Position numbers and translations under genes: made by a program
Shown: positions 61,436-64,000 of the stretch, piece by piece
Position numbering within the stretch: the first letter of the stretch is position 1
Layout: each line of letters opens with the position of its first letter
Assembly: GCF_009914755.1 (NCBI RefSeq)
Contig: NC_060936.1
DNA from: the human T2T-CHM13v2.0 reference genome, Homo sapiens
DNA length: 64,000 bases
Strand: one strand, 5' to 3'
Notes under the pieces: model-generated
Databases searched by the model: none
Told to the model about the DNA's origin: nothing
What the model saw: the letters and a program-made list of their open reading frames with translations, nothing else

Positions 61436-61738
61436 TTTTTTTTTTGTGTGTGTGTGTGTGACAGAGTCTCTCTCTGTTGCCCAGGCTGAAGTACACTGGC
61501 ATGATCTTGGCTCACTGCAACCTCTGCCCCCTGGGTTCAAGCTATCCTCCTGCTTCTGCCTTCTGAGTAGCTGGGACTACAGGTGCATGCCACCATGCCA
61601 GTTAATTCTTGTATTTTTAGCACAGATGGGGTTTCACCATGGTGGCCAGGCTGGTCTTGAACTCTTGACCTCAGGTCATCTGCCTGCCTTGGCCTCCCAA
61701 AGTTCTGGGATTACAGGTATGAGCCACTATACCTGGCC
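61436..61738 (-). mobile_element. Alu
   Basis: Full dimer with T/(GT) tail. Confidence 0.9.
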
Positions 61739-61979
61739 CTCAATAACTGTTTGATTGGACAACTATTAGTCTTGATTTCAAATATAAGAAAATTTCTATG
61801 ATAATGAAATGCCTATTTTTGCTTATCAGATTAACAAAAACAAACAAAAGAATAATACCTTGTGGTAGTAATGGTACATGGAAATGAACACTCTGATAAA
61901 ATGTTGATGGGAGTGTAAATTTGTACAATTTTTGGGAGGACTTATTGGGGAGTTATTTATCAAAATTAAAAATGACTCG

Positions 61980-63876
<1,897 letters not shown>

Positions 63877-64000
63877 CTTTCTTTCTTTCTTTGAGACAGA
63901 GAGAGAGTCTCACTCTGTTGCCCAGGCTGGAGTGCAGTGGTGTGATCTCAGCTTACTGCAACCTTCGCCTCCTGGGTTCAAGCAATTCTCCTGCCTCAGC
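63877..64000 (-). mobile_element. Alu right arm, cut by the window end
   Basis: gagtctcactctgttgcccaggctggagtgcagtgg. Confidence 0.9.

Overview
Human (or very closely related ape) genomic DNA lying entirely inside the plakophilin-2 gene (PKP2), which is transcribed on the minus strand. Seven coding exons with canonical AG/GT boundaries are present: exons 5-11 of the PKP2b numbering, at 52752-52959, 45168-45299, 43014-43191, 26023-26140, 24447-24611, 23336-23509 and 4727-4880. They splice into one open armadillo-repeat reading frame. Exon 6 is the alternative 132-nt, largely Alu-derived exon. The remainder is intron packed with about 40 Alus, L1 pieces, a near full-length Tigger4/Zombi DNA transposon split by a near full-length L1PA, MER1B, MER5A, MLT1 LTRs, MIR/L2 and microsatellites. 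Nearly all ORFs in the supplied track are repeat-derived noise. The most unusual observation is a ~150-bp non-repeat-looking segment present twice, 52.7 kb apart (3054-3202 and 55802-55950, ~85% identical, ungapped). The second copy is fused to the 5' end of an Alu and enclosed with it inside one apparent target-site duplication, suggesting an Alu insertion that captured PKP2's own intronic sequence. Repeat boundaries and subfamily calls were made by eye and are approximate; exon boundaries were counted to the base.
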